Positions 48,388-58,208 of a stretch of DNA of 64,000 bases are shown one piece after another. Numbering within the stretch: the stretch's first letter is position 1; every line of letters starts with the position of its first letter. Position numbers and translations under genes: made by a program. The DNA is from an uncultured Parcubacteria group bacterium (GTDB lineage Bacteria > Patescibacteriota > Patescibacteriia > UBA9934 > CAMTUG01): assembly GCA_947084965.1 (NCBI GenBank), contig CAMTUG010000003.1, positions 360-64,359 on the forward strand, given 5' to 3'. The notes below the pieces were generated by a model. That model saw only the letters and a list, made by a program, of their open reading frames with translations. It made no database searches and was not told the origin of the DNA.

Positions 48388-48515
48388 GAAAATATCGAAA
48401 CACACGCCTTTTCGCTTCATGGGCCCCGTCGACCCCACTCAACGTAGGTTTCCCCTACGTCTCGCGGGGCTCGACAGCCCATTCAGCGAAAATCCATCGC
48501 GTTTCGATATTTTCC
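48387..48515. repeat. Long hairpin / MITE-like element between rpmH and rnpA
   Basis: Perfect 15-bp terminal inverted repeat GGAAAATATCGAAAC/GTTTCGATATTTTCC; nested stems; apex ACGTAGG/CCTACGT. Confidence 0.75.
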
Positions 48516-48521
48516 ACAGCT

Positions 48522-48866
48522 ATGTTAACCACATCTTCGCGACTTCGGAAAGATGCGGATATCAAGCGCCTGTTTCAGAAGGGCAAGTCCGTTTTTGATG
48601 AGATTTGCTCACTGAAATATGCGCCAAACGGGATGAAATACTCCCGTTTTGCTGTTGTTGTCGGTACAAAGGTGTCGAAAAAGGCGGTCGAGCGCAACAG
48701 GATTAAACGCAGGGTTCGCGCGGTCTTGGCGAAAAAGGTTCCGTGCGTACCTCCTGGGTTTGACTTGGCCTTCATGGCACGGAAAGAGGCGATGACGATC
48801 CCGTTCCCCGAACTTGAACAGAGGATCGCGCGAGCGCTAAAAAAAGCAAAGCTGTGCGAAGGTTAG
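48522..48866 (+). CDS. rnpA: Ribonuclease P protein component
   Basis: RLRK, RFAVVVGTKVSKKAVERNRIKRR. Confidence 0.94.
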   Translation: MLTTSSRLRKDADIKRLFQKGKSVFDEICSLKYAPNGMKYSRFAVVVGTKVSKKAVERNRIKRRVRAVLAKKVPCVPPGFDLAFMARKEAMTIPFPELEQRIARALKKAKLCEG

Positions 48867-49090
48867 CGATCTTTTTCATCCGTGGCTATCAGCTGAGCGT
48901 CTCGCCGGATCACGGGATTCTGCGATTTTTGTATCCGAATGGGTACTGCCAGTTTCACCCAACGTGCTCACAATATGCTTTGGGTGTCTTTGAGCGCCAC
49001 GGAACGATAAAAGGCGCTGTGCTTAGCACAAAACGCCTTTTGCGTTGTCACCCATGGAGCAAGGGCGGGATCGATGAAGTTCCGCGTTAG
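48854..49090 (+). CDS. yidD: Membrane protein insertion efficiency factor
   Basis: YQ..SP, CQFHPTCSQY, RLLRCHPWSKGGID. Confidence 0.92.
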   Translation: MRRLAIFFIRGYQLSVSPDHGILRFLYPNGYCQFHPTCSQYALGVFERHGTIKGAVLSTKRLLRCHPWSKGGIDEVPR

Positions 49091-49109
49091 CGGGGCGCGG
49101 TGGCCCCGC

Positions 49110-50153
49110 CTATTCCTCCGATGAGGCCGAACCGATTACTGCGTCCCCGGCCTCAACCTTTTTAATGATTTCTTTGCGAATCGTGGCCAACATTTTTGGA
49201 TTTGCCTTAAGGGCGATTCGCGAATTTTCGCGGCCAATACCGATCTTTTCCTCTCCAAAAGAATAGCTGTTGCCGCTCTTGCCGATCACCCCAAACTGAA
49301 CACCAACATCCAGCACATCGCCAGCGACAGAGATCCCTTCGTTGTACATGATGTCGAATTCACAGGTGCGGAACGGCGGCGCGACTTTGTTTTTGACGAT
49401 TTTAAGCTTCGTTCTGTTCCCGATGATCTGTTCCGCCTGCTTAATTTGGGCCGAACGACGGATTTCGATGCGAATGGAAGCGTAAAATTTTAGCGCGTTT
49501 CCTCCCGGGGTCGTTTCCGGGTTACCGAACATAACCCCGATCTTGTGGCGGATTTGGTTGATGAAGACGACGATCGTATTGGACTTCGAGACGATGCCGG
49601 CCAGCTTGCGCAGCGCTTGTGACATAAGTCGGGCCTGCAGCCCCATATGGCTGTCACCCATATCCCCTTCAATTTCTGCCTTTGGAGTAAGGGCCGCGAC
49701 CGAGTCGATAATGATGACGTCGACCCCGTTGCTGCGCACCAGCGTTTCCACGATTTCGAGCGCCTGCTCCCCGGTATCTGGCTGGGAGATGAAAAGGTCA
49801 TCGATCTTCACCCCAATTTTGGCTGCATATTCTGGGTCGAGGGCGTGTTCGGCGTCGACGTAGGCGGCAATTCCACCCACTTTCTGCACCTCAGCGACGA
49901 TATGTTGGGCCAGAGTCGATTTACCAGAGGATTCTGGGCCATAAATCTCGATAATACGGCCGCGCGGCACCCCACCGATCCCGAGCGCCAAGTCGATCGA
50001 CAAACACCCCGTAGAAACGGAATCGATCGACATCGTTTTGGCCTCACCCAGACGCATGATAGACCCTTCTCCAAAACGGGTCTTAATTTGGCTGATCGCT
50101 TCGGCTGCCGCTCGCCCCCGGCCCTCCTCAATTTTTGATTCAACTTTTGGCAT
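49110..50153 (-). CDS. recA: Recombinase RecA
   Basis: [40 protein letters not shown]. Confidence 0.99.
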   Translation of the reverse strand: MPKVESKIEEGRGRAAAEAISQIKTRFGEGSIMRLGEAKTMSIDSVSTGCLSIDLALGIGGVPRGRIIEIYGPESSGKSTLAQHIVAEVQKVGGIAAYVDAEHALDPEYAAKIGVKIDDLFISQPDTGEQALEIVETLVRSNGVDVIIIDSVAALTPKAEIEGDMGDSHMGLQARLMSQALRKLAGIVSKSNTIVVFINQIRHKIGVMFGNPETTPGGNALKFYASIRIEIRRSAQIKQAEQIIGNRTKLKIVKNKVAPPFRTCEFDIMYNEGISVAGDVLDVGVQFGVIGKSGNSYSFGEEKIGIGRENSRIALKANPKMLATIRKEIIKKVEAGDAVIGSASSEE

Positions 50154-50384
50154 AAAGCAGGAAGATTTATGAGTAATAGAAAACCCCGCAACTGCGAGGC
50201 CTCCTTAAATGTGCGGGCATTATAGCATATCAGTGGAACACGTTTGTGAATCGGCCTTTGCGTAAGGATGTGTTTTTGATTCGCTCGTCGAGTTTGGGTG
50301 GGTTGAATTTTCGAGGCGCCGGCTCCGTTCATGGTTGACCCTTCGTCACTTTTCTGTAAGAATCGGACAAGCCAGAGGTCAGAC

Positions 50385-50948
50385 ATGTTCAACCTGTTCT
50401 TCCCCAGCATCTCGTGGATCTACACCCGGGTTCCGGTCCTGTCGCTCCGTGCGGCTTGGGTGTACTACGCCGCGGTGCGCCCGTCCGAAGAGAGGCTCCG
50501 GGAGTTCGAGCGGCTCGAAGCCGAGGGCTTCGTCATCCACACGCCACGCACGCTGCTCGTGAAGGAGTTCCTGCAGAACGTGGTCGACTCCTACTACGAG
50601 GTCACGTGCCCATCCGCCACCAAGTTCGATCGGGCCATCCGGAACCTCTTCGAGCTGGCGTGTGTGATCCTTTCCGATGCCGACACGAAGGCGCGCCACC
50701 TCGATTATCGGCTGTTCATCGCGCGGCTCAACACCCGGTCGTCCGTCTGGTCCATCTGGTGTCGCCGGCCACGCCTGCGGATTCCGCCGACGGCGATCGT
50801 GATCACGGCTCTTTCTGTCGCGGTCTCCTCGGTCGTTTACGTCGGCCATAGCCACACGATGGCCTACGTCTGGGTCGCGCTCGCCGCCACCCTCGTGATC
50901 GTCGACACGATCGTCGAGACCGGCCGCCGCCGCGCCCTCTGCGCCTGA
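50385..50948 (+). CDS. High-GC orphan membrane protein
   Basis: Start MFNLFF after GAGG; two C-terminal TMs; very high GC3. Confidence 0.65.
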   Translation: MFNLFFPSISWIYTRVPVLSLRAAWVYYAAVRPSEERLREFERLEAEGFVIHTPRTLLVKEFLQNVVDSYYEVTCPSATKFDRAIRNLFELACVILSDADTKARHLDYRLFIARLNTRSSVWSIWCRRPRLRIPPTAIVITALSVAVSSVVYVGHSHTMAYVWVALAATLVIVDTIVETGRRRALCA

Positions 50949-51004
50949 GGCGCTTCGTCTCTTCCGCTCCGCGCCTGTCCGAACTGGACCGGCGCGGTTG
51001 ATGT

Positions 51005-51514
51005 TTAATGGGGCTTGAATCCTATCTCCTCTCTTGACGACGCTTCATCATTCAAGAGCCGGCGCATCGCATCAAAGACAACTTTAAAGTTTTCGTCATA
51101 CTGCTTTTCCATCGCTTCGGCTTTTCGCCTCAAGGAATCATTGTCGGCCAACAGCTCGCGCATTCGAGTGAAGGTGCGGATGATCTGGATGTGTACTAGG
51201 ATCGCACGCTGGCTCCTTAGTACCCCCGAGAGCATAGCAATACCCTGCTCGGTGAATGCTGACGGCATTTTTCTCAGGCCCATGCGGTCGGAATTGGAAG
51301 TCACAATTTGTGACTTCCAATTTTCGAATTCTTCTCGATTCAACTTAAACACGAAATCAGCTGGGAATCGTTCAAAGTTACGATTAACTGCCTGGTTCAA
51401 TGCCTTCACACTTACACCATAGATAAACGCAAGGTCGCGGTCGAGCATGACATTGCGGCCACGCAGGAAGTAAATCTTCGTTTCGATGCGTTCGGACGGA
51501 ATGACAGTGCTCAT
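51005..51514 (-). CDS. ORF6N (KilA-N-like) DNA-binding domain protein
   Basis: RGRNVMLDRDLA.IYGV, NQAVNRN.ERFP.DF, AFTEQGIAMLS. Confidence 0.88.
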   Translation of the reverse strand: MSTVIPSERIETKIYFLRGRNVMLDRDLAFIYGVSVKALNQAVNRNFERFPADFVFKLNREEFENWKSQIVTSNSDRMGLRKMPSAFTEQGIAMLSGVLRSQRAILVHIQIIRTFTRMRELLADNDSLRRKAEAMEKQYDENFKVVFDAMRRLLNDEASSREEIGFKPH

Positions 51515-51614
51515 AAAACAAAACCTCCAGCACCATATTGGTACTAGAGTCATTGTTGATCACATTACATCACGATTTTCCGTTTTTGTCAACGGCGTTT
51601 TGTGGAAAAATCGA

Positions 51615-52307
51615 CTAATGACGCACCGAAACGGCCGATCCTTCATCGAGCACGACGCGCAGATATTCTGTCGAAGTGTTGGAGTAGCGCTTTTTGGCTT
51701 CAACGGTGATTAAATTAAGCCCGCGGCGCAGATCGACCTCAGCGATAAACGTTCCGTCCTTGTTTAAGAGGATCGATTCGCCGTTGACGCTGACTTGGGA
51801 CTCTTCAAAAACGCGCCCACGTACGCTGACGATCGCTGAATCGGTTGAAAGGCCGTCCGTCGGGCTGATGATTTCAATCGTCGGTGGAGTAACGATGGCG
51901 TGCACCTGAAATCCAAGGTACACAAGGACGAGCGACATCGCCGCGCCAAGCGAAAGGAATTTAAGGATCCGCGGGGTAACCAGGAATCGTGCTCGGCGCA
52001 CTTTTTGTCGCGGCACAAGCATTGGGTCAACAAAATCACAGCTTCCACGCTCTGTCTCAAAGCACTCCAAAAAATACTTCTCGTCGCCGCCCAAGAAGCG
52101 GATGTACGTTCGCAGGAACTGGCGGCTATAAATACCTTGGGGGAGGCGGCAGTAGTCGTTCTCCTCGAGCGCCTCGATAATCGATGGGTGCAGATGTGTG
52201 GCCGCTGCCACCTGTTCAATGTTGTAGGTACGATCATGTCGAAGCGCCTTGAGTTTTTCACCCAAGCTCGCTCCGGACTGTTCAATTTTCCGGATCGTAA
52301 ACCCCAT
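51615..52307 (-). CDS. RodZ-like HTH membrane protein with C-terminal Ig-like domain
   Basis: LGEKLKALR, ALEENDY..LP..IY...FLRTY..FLG, TM. Confidence 0.8.
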   Translation of the reverse strand: MGFTIRKIEQSGASLGEKLKALRHDRTYNIEQVAAATHLHPSIIEALEENDYCRLPQGIYSRQFLRTYIRFLGGDEKYFLECFETERGSCDFVDPMLVPRQKVRRARFLVTPRILKFLSLGAAMSLVLVYLGFQVHAIVTPPTIEIISPTDGLSTDSAIVSVRGRVFEESQVSVNGESILLNKDGTFIAEVDLRRGLNLITVEAKKRYSNTSTEYLRVVLDEGSAVSVRH

Positions 52308-52309
52308 AG

Positions 52310-54652
52310 TTAGGCCTTTTTCGTCTCGTCGATAAACCAGTCTCCCCCCTCATCTTCTGCTTCTTCAGCCTCGGCGTCAACGAGGACCTCTTCCGGTTCG
52401 GTCGGTGCGGGCGGGACGATCTCTTCCTCTTCTGCTGCGTCTTCGTCCATCTCCTCTGCTGCTTCATCCATCATCTCTTCGTTTGCGCTGATCATCTGTG
52501 TTCCCGCCGGCGGCCATTCGGTCATCAGAATTTCGCGTGGCTTGGCACCGTCAGCAGGTCCGACAACCCCGGCGTCTTCCAGCATATCAATGACCCGGGC
52601 GGCACGGGCGTAGCCGAGCTTCAAGCGGCGTTGCAGGAGAGAGGTCGATGCCTTTCCCGCCTCGATGACAACGTGAATCGCCTCTTCAAGCATTGGATCT
52701 GAATCCCCCTCGGCGCCGTTGAACATATCAAGGACGGTGCCGGTCTTTTGCTTTTGGGTGATGGTGTAGTTGTAATCTGGTTCCCCCGCCTGACGCAGGA
52801 ACTTGGTGACGCGCTCGATCTCTTCGTCGGAAACGAACGGACCTTGCAAACGTTTTGGTTTGCCAAGTTCAGCGCTCGTGTAGAGCATGTCGCCGCGGCC
52901 GAGAAGTTTTTCTGCGCCCGCCCCGTCAATGATCGTTCGCGAGTCGATCTGCGAGGCGACAGCGAAAGCGATACGCGCCGGAACGTTGGCCTTAATGAGC
53001 CCGGTGATGACGTCGACGCTCGGGCGCTGGGTGGCAAGGACCAGGTGAATACCGACCGCACGGGCCATCTGAGCGATGCGTACAATCAATCCTTCCACTT
53101 CATTACGTGAGGTAGCCATGAGGTCGGCCAACTCATCGATGATAACGACCAGTTTTGGAATTTTGGCCTCGGCCTTAGCGTTGTAACCGGCTAAGTCGCG
53201 CGCCCCAAACTTGGCGAGGACGTCGAGACGGCGTTCCATTTCGCGCACCGCCCATTTGAGGGCGTTGACCGTTTCATCCACCTTCGTAATCGGCGGGACG
53301 AGCATATGCGGAATGCCGGCGTAAGCGGTTAGTTCCACGCGCTTCGGATCGACCATCACAAACTTCAGGTCGTCCGGGCCGTTTTGGTAGAGAAGTGACA
53401 AGATGAGGGTGTGCAGACAGACCGATTTTCCAGAGCCGGTCGCACCAGCAACGAGCAAGTGCGGCATTTTATCCAGTCGGGCGATCCAGGTCTGGCCAGC
53501 GACGTCCTTTCCGAGGGCGACCGCCATGTTGCTGTCTCGATTCTTGAAATTTTTTGATTCGAGCAGATCGCGCAGAGCGACCATCGCCACCGTTTGGTTC
53601 GGCACCTCGATTCCCACAAGTGATTTACCTGGGATTGGCGCTTCGATGCGAATCGGGTGGGCGGCGAGCGCGAGCGCCAAGTCGTTTTGCAAGCCAACGA
53701 TCCGGGCGAGTTTTACCCCAACGGGGGGGTGCAGGGCGTATTGAGTAACGGTCGGACCGACCGATGTGTCAGCCATTTCCACATCAATACCAAACTGCTG
53801 GAGCGTCTTTTGAATGACTTCGCGGTTGCGATCAATGTCCCCGGCTGCCGCTTTTGTGCCCCGTGAATCTAAAAGGTCGCTCGGAATCTCCATCTTGCGC
53901 GGGTGCTTGCTCGAAAGAACTTGTTCTGCAGCAACGGGGGCCGCAACCGCAGATTTGTGGAACGGTCTTGCTTCTGTCGTGGGTTCTTCGTCCTCCTCTG
54001 TCTCCTCCTCGGATTCCGCCATCGTCTCATCGTCCTCGGCTCGATCATCCGCCTCTTCAATAACCCGTCCGGATTCTTGGCGCCGGAAGTGGAAACGTTC
54101 AGTAAGTCGTCCGAATAGGTGGGTGTGGACGGTAAAGATCGATCGGAGCGAAGTGTTAAAAAGGAGGAGGATCGAAACGACCAAGAGGGCACCGAGGATC
54201 ACAAAGGCCCCCCAGAACCCGGCGATCGCGGTCAGGATCTGATACAAGAAAAGTCCGACATACCCGCCGGCCTCGGCGAGCGTTTCGTGAGAGGTGGGAG
54301 GAACGAGACGGAACGCTGCTAAGTTGGTCAGGGCGTTGAAAGAGAGGAAGAAAAAGAAGAGCCCGATGTAATTGAATCCGGAAAGCCGCACCCGTTCAAA
54401 CGTGAGCGAGGCGCCGATTAAGATGGCGACGAACGGGAGAAGAAATCGATCCCAGCCAAACATCTTGGCGGCGGCGTCATCGACGAACATCCCGGCTTGT
54501 CCGGCCAGGTCCAGGAGCGACAAAAATAGGATGCCAGCAACGGCAAAACAAAGGACAACGAGAACCCCACGCTTCGTCTCCCCGGACAGCTCTACTTTGA
54601 ACCCTTTGTTTTCTCCCTGATCGTGTTTGCTGCGTCGTTTGCGTCGTGCCAT
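52310..54652 (-). CDS. ftsK: DNA translocase FtsK/SpoIIIE
   Basis: PHLLVAGATGSGKS, IDELADLM, ATQRPSVDVITG, gamma domain LQRRLKLGYARAAR. Confidence 0.96.
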   Translation of the reverse strand: MARRKRRSKHDQGENKGFKVELSGETKRGVLVVLCFAVAGILFLSLLDLAGQAGMFVDDAAAKMFGWDRFLLPFVAILIGASLTFERVRLSGFNYIGLFFFFLSFNALTNLAAFRLVPPTSHETLAEAGGYVGLFLYQILTAIAGFWGAFVILGALLVVSILLLFNTSLRSIFTVHTHLFGRLTERFHFRRQESGRVIEEADDRAEDDETMAESEEETEEDEEPTTEARPFHKSAVAAPVAAEQVLSSKHPRKMEIPSDLLDSRGTKAAAGDIDRNREVIQKTLQQFGIDVEMADTSVGPTVTQYALHPPVGVKLARIVGLQNDLALALAAHPIRIEAPIPGKSLVGIEVPNQTVAMVALRDLLESKNFKNRDSNMAVALGKDVAGQTWIARLDKMPHLLVAGATGSGKSVCLHTLILSLLYQNGPDDLKFVMVDPKRVELTAYAGIPHMLVPPITKVDETVNALKWAVREMERRLDVLAKFGARDLAGYNAKAEAKIPKLVVIIDELADLMATSRNEVEGLIVRIAQMARAVGIHLVLATQRPSVDVITGLIKANVPARIAFAVASQIDSRTIIDGAGAEKLLGRGDMLYTSAELGKPKRLQGPFVSDEEIERVTKFLRQAGEPDYNYTITQKQKTGTVLDMFNGAEGDSDPMLEEAIHVVIEAGKASTSLLQRRLKLGYARAARVIDMLEDAGVVGPADGAKPREILMTEWPPAGTQMISANEEMMDEAAEEMDEDAAEEEEIVPPAPTEPEEVLVDAEAEEAEDEGGDWFIDETKKA

Positions 54653-54710
54653 AAGCGGCTCTATTGTAACGCAAAAAGACGTGGAACGTCCACGTCCTCT
54701 TACTCACCCT

Positions 54711-55280
54711 TTACTGCTGAACGCGTTCGGCGTACAGGCCCGTTTCGGTGTTGACCAGGATGTGGTCCCCCTCTTTGATGAAAATAGGCACGGCGACCTT
54801 CAATCCGTTGTCGCACTCGACTTCCTTGGTGACGTTTCCGCCCGAGGTGTCTCCCTTAACGGCCATCGGCGAGGATTTCACGATATATTCAATCTTTTTC
54901 GGGAGTTCGATCGAGATCGGCGATTCGTTGTGCAGCATGATCGACACCTCGAGCCCTTCTTTGAGGTATTTGACGTCGTCGCCGATCATATCGGCAGAGA
55001 GGGTCACCTGTTCATAGTTCCCGTTATCCATGAAGGTGAAGCCGGTCTGGTCTCCAAAGAGAAACTGCATTTTGCGGTAGCTCACCTCTTCAAAGGTCAA
55101 CGACTCGGCAGACTTAAATGCCTGCTCCATGATCTTGCCAGACTTGATGTTGCGCATGCGGGTGCGCACGAACGAGCTCCCCTTGCCTGGCGAAACACGC
55201 TGAAAATCAACGACAATCCACAAGTCGCCATTGTTTAAGTTGATCACGGTCGATTTCTTGATGTCGTTTGGTGAAGCCAT
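54711..55280 (-). CDS. efp: Elongation factor P
   Basis: PGKG motif, VKGDT, VPIFIKEGD, Y.ER. Confidence 0.95.
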   Translation of the reverse strand: MASPNDIKKSTVINLNNGDLWIVVDFQRVSPGKGSSFVRTRMRNIKSGKIMEQAFKSAESLTFEEVSYRKMQFLFGDQTGFTFMDNGNYEQVTLSADMIGDDVKYLKEGLEVSIMLHNESPISIELPKKIEYIVKSSPMAVKGDTSGGNVTKEVECDNGLKVAVPIFIKEGDHILVNTETGLYAERVQQ

Positions 55281-55289
55281 AGTGGGTGA

Positions 55290-55385
55290 AAATACGAAAT
55301 ACGAATATCGAAATACGAAATTTTTTATTTTTCCGATCTCCTGATTCGCGTGTGTTTCGGATTTCGAGTTTAGGATTTCGGATTT
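55290..55385. repeat. Inverted heptamer-repeat element, second copy
   Basis: AAATACGAAATACGAATATCGAAATACGAAA...GATTTCG heptads; right arm overlaps the epmA stop. Confidence 0.8.
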
Positions 55386-56341
55386 ACAAATAATTCCTTT
55401 GCCGGAAAGACCAGCACTTCCTCGAGGTTTTCTTTGCCCATGGCGAGCATGAGCAGGCGGTCAAGGCCGAGGGCATTGCCGAAGGTCGGCTGGCGCAGGG
55501 ATGGTAGCAGCCGCAAAAGCTCCTCGTCAATGGGGTAGACGGTCTTGCCGATCCTCACCCGTTCGGCCGCTTCTCCTTCGAAACGGCGACGTTGTTCGGT
55601 GGCATCGGTCAGTTCTCCAAAGGCGTTACAGAGCTCAACTCCGCGCACATACAGCTCAAACCGCTCGGCGTACTTTCCATCCGGCGTCGTACGAGCCAGA
55701 GCTGCCTGCTGTAGCGGAAAGTCATACAAGAATGCACCTTCTGGTGGAAGATGTGGCTCGATCTGGGTGACGACGATGCGATGAAAGTAGTCAGACCAGG
55801 TGTCTGTAGGATCTGTTCCGAGATTAAGCCTCTTGCACGCGGCTTTGAGATCCTCTTCCGTTGCATCACAGAGCTCTAGCCCAGTGACCTCTTTGAATTG
55901 TGTCGGCAGGTGCACGCGGGCGAACGTTTTTTCACCAACGCCACATGTGCGCACGAGCTCTTCGGTTTCGTTCATCCCGCCCTGGTAGTCCATCCCCTGC
56001 TGATACCACTCGAGCATCACAAATTCCGGGTTGTGCTGGGAGGGGCCTTCAGGATAGAAGTCTCCGTTGCGAAAGACTTTGGTGATCGTAAAGATCCGTT
56101 CCAGGCCGAGGCCTAAAAGCTTCTTCATCGAAAACTCCGGCGAAGTAATCAACCCAGCAAGCCGGCGCGATCCATCTGCGCCGACGAGGGTTGTTTCAAA
56201 TGGGGTCAGGTTTGGCGACATGTCGGGACTGGCTACGAGGATTGGGGTTTCAACGTCGAGGTAGCCGCGTCCGGCAAAAAACGCACGGATCGTCTCGTAC
56301 ATCTTGTTTCTGGCGATGATAACTTTTTCAATATCTTTCAT
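55370..56341 (-). CDS. epmA: EF-P lysine aminoacylase (LysRS2 paralog lacking the anticodon domain)
   Basis: TSPEFSMKKLL, HNPEF.MLEWY, ERFELY..GVELCNAF.ELTD, ALGLDRL; adjacent to efp. Confidence 0.9.
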   Translation of the reverse strand: MKDIEKVIIARNKMYETIRAFFAGRGYLDVETPILVASPDMSPNLTPFETTLVGADGSRRLAGLITSPEFSMKKLLGLGLERIFTITKVFRNGDFYPEGPSQHNPEFVMLEWYQQGMDYQGGMNETEELVRTCGVGEKTFARVHLPTQFKEVTGLELCDATEEDLKAACKRLNLGTDPTDTWSDYFHRIVVTQIEPHLPPEGAFLYDFPLQQAALARTTPDGKYAERFELYVRGVELCNAFGELTDATEQRRRFEGEAAERVRIGKTVYPIDEELLRLLPSLRQPTFGNALGLDRLLMLAMGKENLEEVLVFPAKELFVNPKS

Positions 56342-56389
56342 AAAACAATAGACGGGCGCTTGCGCACCCGCCTAGAATTTCCTTCTCAA

Positions 56390-56617
56390 TTACTTTTGGA
56401 CAAACGGCAGAAGGGCCATGGTGCGGGCACGTTTGATCGCGTTCTGCAGTTTGCGCTGGTGCCAATCGCAAACGCCACTGCGCTTGCGCGGAACGATTTT
56501 GGCAAAACTCGAAATGTAGCGACGAAGGGTCATCGTGTCTTTGTAGTCGATCTCCTGGCCTTTGTTGACACAGAAGAAACAGTGACGTTGCTTCTGGAGT
56601 TGTGTTGGTTTGCGCAT
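56390..56617 (-). CDS. rpsR: 30S ribosomal protein S18
   Basis: CFFC, IDYKD, KIVPRKRSG, AIKRAR..ALLPF. Confidence 0.96.
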   Translation of the reverse strand: MRKPTQLQKQRHCFFCVNKGQEIDYKDTMTLRRYISSFAKIVPRKRSGVCDWHQRKLQNAIKRARTMALLPFVQK

Positions 56618-56620
56618 ACG

Positions 56621-57076
56621 TTAAAAAGGGATGTCTTCAACTTTGATTTCATCGTCAGGATTCATACCCGGATCGTCGTGTGGGGTGGATGGAGCCGGGC
56701 GGGATGAGGACGGTGCGTCAAAACCTCCGGCGGACGGGGCACCGGCACGATCGAGCATCACCATGTTTTCACCGATGATCTCGGTGCGGTAGCGCTTGAT
56801 CCCATCTTGGCCTTCCCAGTCGCGTGTTTGCAGGCGGCCTTCGATGTAGACCTTCTTTCCTTTGTTCAAGTACTGACCGCAGATTTCCGCGAGCTTTCCC
56901 CAAACAACGACGTTGTGGTATTCAACCTGTTCCTGCTTTTGGCCGGCGGCATCTTTCCAGGTGCGATTGGTAGCAACACCAAAAGAACAGACCGACTGCC
57001 CGCTCGGAATCTTTTTCAATTCCGGGTCGCGGGTCAGGTTGCCGATCAACATCGCTTTGTTAAGTGAGCCTGCCAT
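56621..57076 (-). CDS. ssb: Single-stranded DNA-binding protein
   Basis: [23 protein letters not shown]-terminal DIPF. Confidence 0.97.
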   Translation of the reverse strand: MAGSLNKAMLIGNLTRDPELKKIPSGQSVCSFGVATNRTWKDAAGQKQEQVEYHNVVVWGKLAEICGQYLNKGKKVYIEGRLQTRDWEGQDGIKRYRTEIIGENMVMLDRAGAPSAGGFDAPSSSRPAPSTPHDDPGMNPDDEIKVEDIPF

Positions 57077-57079
57077 AGA

Positions 57080-57577
57080 TTAAACGTTTTCTGAAGCGCC
57101 TTCCAAAATCTGATCGAGCTTCTTATCCAATTCTTCGACCGTCATTTCCGGTCCGCGAGGAGCGACCTGGCTCGTAGCAGCCGGAGCGACTTCGCCCGCC
57201 TTGCGACGCGGTTTTTCTTTGCGGGTAGCAAAGCCTTCTTCGCTGATCGGGCTGACATACGCCTCGAGCTGGAAGCGTGCTTTGTCAGCGCCTTCGGCAC
57301 GTTCGGTCAGCATGTGACGCAAGACGTGCTCGGACAAGCGAAGGTCGTTTTCGATCTTGGCAACGACAGCGCCTTCGGCATCAAACTGCACCAGCCAGTA
57401 GTAGCCGTGCTTCTGGTGCTTAATCGGGTAGGCAAGTTTCAACTTGCCGAGGTTCTCGGACCGGACGATCGTTCCGCCAGCGGCGGTGACGATCGCGACC
57501 ACCTTGTCAGCAATCGCCGGGACTTCGGTGTCCGTGTGGATCGCTGGGATAATCGCGAGAAGTTCGTACTTCTGCAT
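57080..57577 (-). CDS. rpsF: 30S ribosomal protein S6 with C-terminal extension
   Basis: KYELLAI, GKLKLAYPIK, GYY, VLRHML; rpsF-ssb-rpsR gene order. Confidence 0.93.
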   Translation of the reverse strand: MQKYELLAIIPAIHTDTEVPAIADKVVAIVTAAGGTIVRSENLGKLKLAYPIKHQKHGYYWLVQFDAEGAVVAKIENDLRLSEHVLRHMLTERAEGADKARFQLEAYVSPISEEGFATRKEKPRRKAGEVAPAATSQVAPRGPEMTVEELDKKLDQILEGASENV

Positions 57578-57739
57578 AGTTCTTCGCCCCGGTTTCGCTC
57601 CGGGGACCCCCGAAGGGGTTTGGACAAAGTAATGATTTATGGGCGTACCTTAGCGGAAAGGGCGATTTTGGTCAATATCGGGGCGGTAGGATTGACAAAA
57701 GCCTTGGGAATAGGTAGTTTGATCGGTCCCGGAGGACCC

Positions 57740-58144
57740 ATGATTACCGTGCTTCTCACCGCTCTCGCCCTGGCCGATGACACCGTCAACATCCAAGTTC
57801 GGGTGACGGGAGGCAGCAACGTCACGGTCACGACCGTCAGCGAGGACCCCCTCCCACCGCCGTGGGTCCACCCCGCGCGCTGGCTCGCCGTCCAAGGGGT
57901 GGACGATTCGTCGAAGATCATGGGCGTGATCGAGCCTCACCGCAAGCGGCTCGACGCCTGCATGTCCGGGTCGGGTTTCCTCGGCCTGAACGCCCAGGTC
58001 ACGGTCGCTCCGAACGGGCACGCCTCTGGCCCGACGATCGCTCAGGGGCGACCGGTCGAGTGCATGCTCGACATCCTGACCGGGATCACCTTCCCGACCA
58101 ACTCGACGACGTACACGGTGCAGTACCTGTACTTCGCCTACTGA
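57740..58144 (+). CDS. High-GC orphan secreted protein, possible AgmX/PglI (TonB C-terminal-like) domain
   Basis: Signal MITVLLTALALA-D; two-Cys domain (LDAC...VECMLDILTGITFP); TTGACA-N17-TAGTTT promoter, GGAGG SD, downstream hairpin CCCCGCGAG/CTCGCGGGG. Confidence 0.7.
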   Translation: MITVLLTALALADDTVNIQVRVTGGSNVTVTTVSEDPLPPPWVHPARWLAVQGVDDSSKIMGVIEPHRKRLDACMSGSGFLGLNAQVTVAPNGHASGPTIAQGRPVECMLDILTGITFPTNSTTYTVQYLYFAY

Positions 58145-58208
58145 CGGTCGCTGATGCCCCGCGAGGAACGCTCGCGGGGTCTCGCATTTCTGCTATACTC
58201 TTCTCACT

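Noticed and set aside
48132-48866. 244-aa extended RnpA from the ORF track
   Set aside because: The upstream part overlaps rpmH in another frame and a hairpin element; the RnpA-like sequence starts at 48522.
50228-50250. LexA/SOS box upstream of recA
   Set aside because: GAACACGTTTG is only a partial match to GAAC-N4-GTTC; not supportable.
51005-51514. Prophage suggested by the ORF6N domain
   Set aside because: Solitary gene among housekeeping genes; no integrase, structural or replication genes nearby.
57578-57625. S6:S18 autoregulatory leader upstream of rpsF
   Set aside because: A hairpin (CCCCGG/CCGGGG) is present, but I cannot confirm the family consensus without a covariance model.
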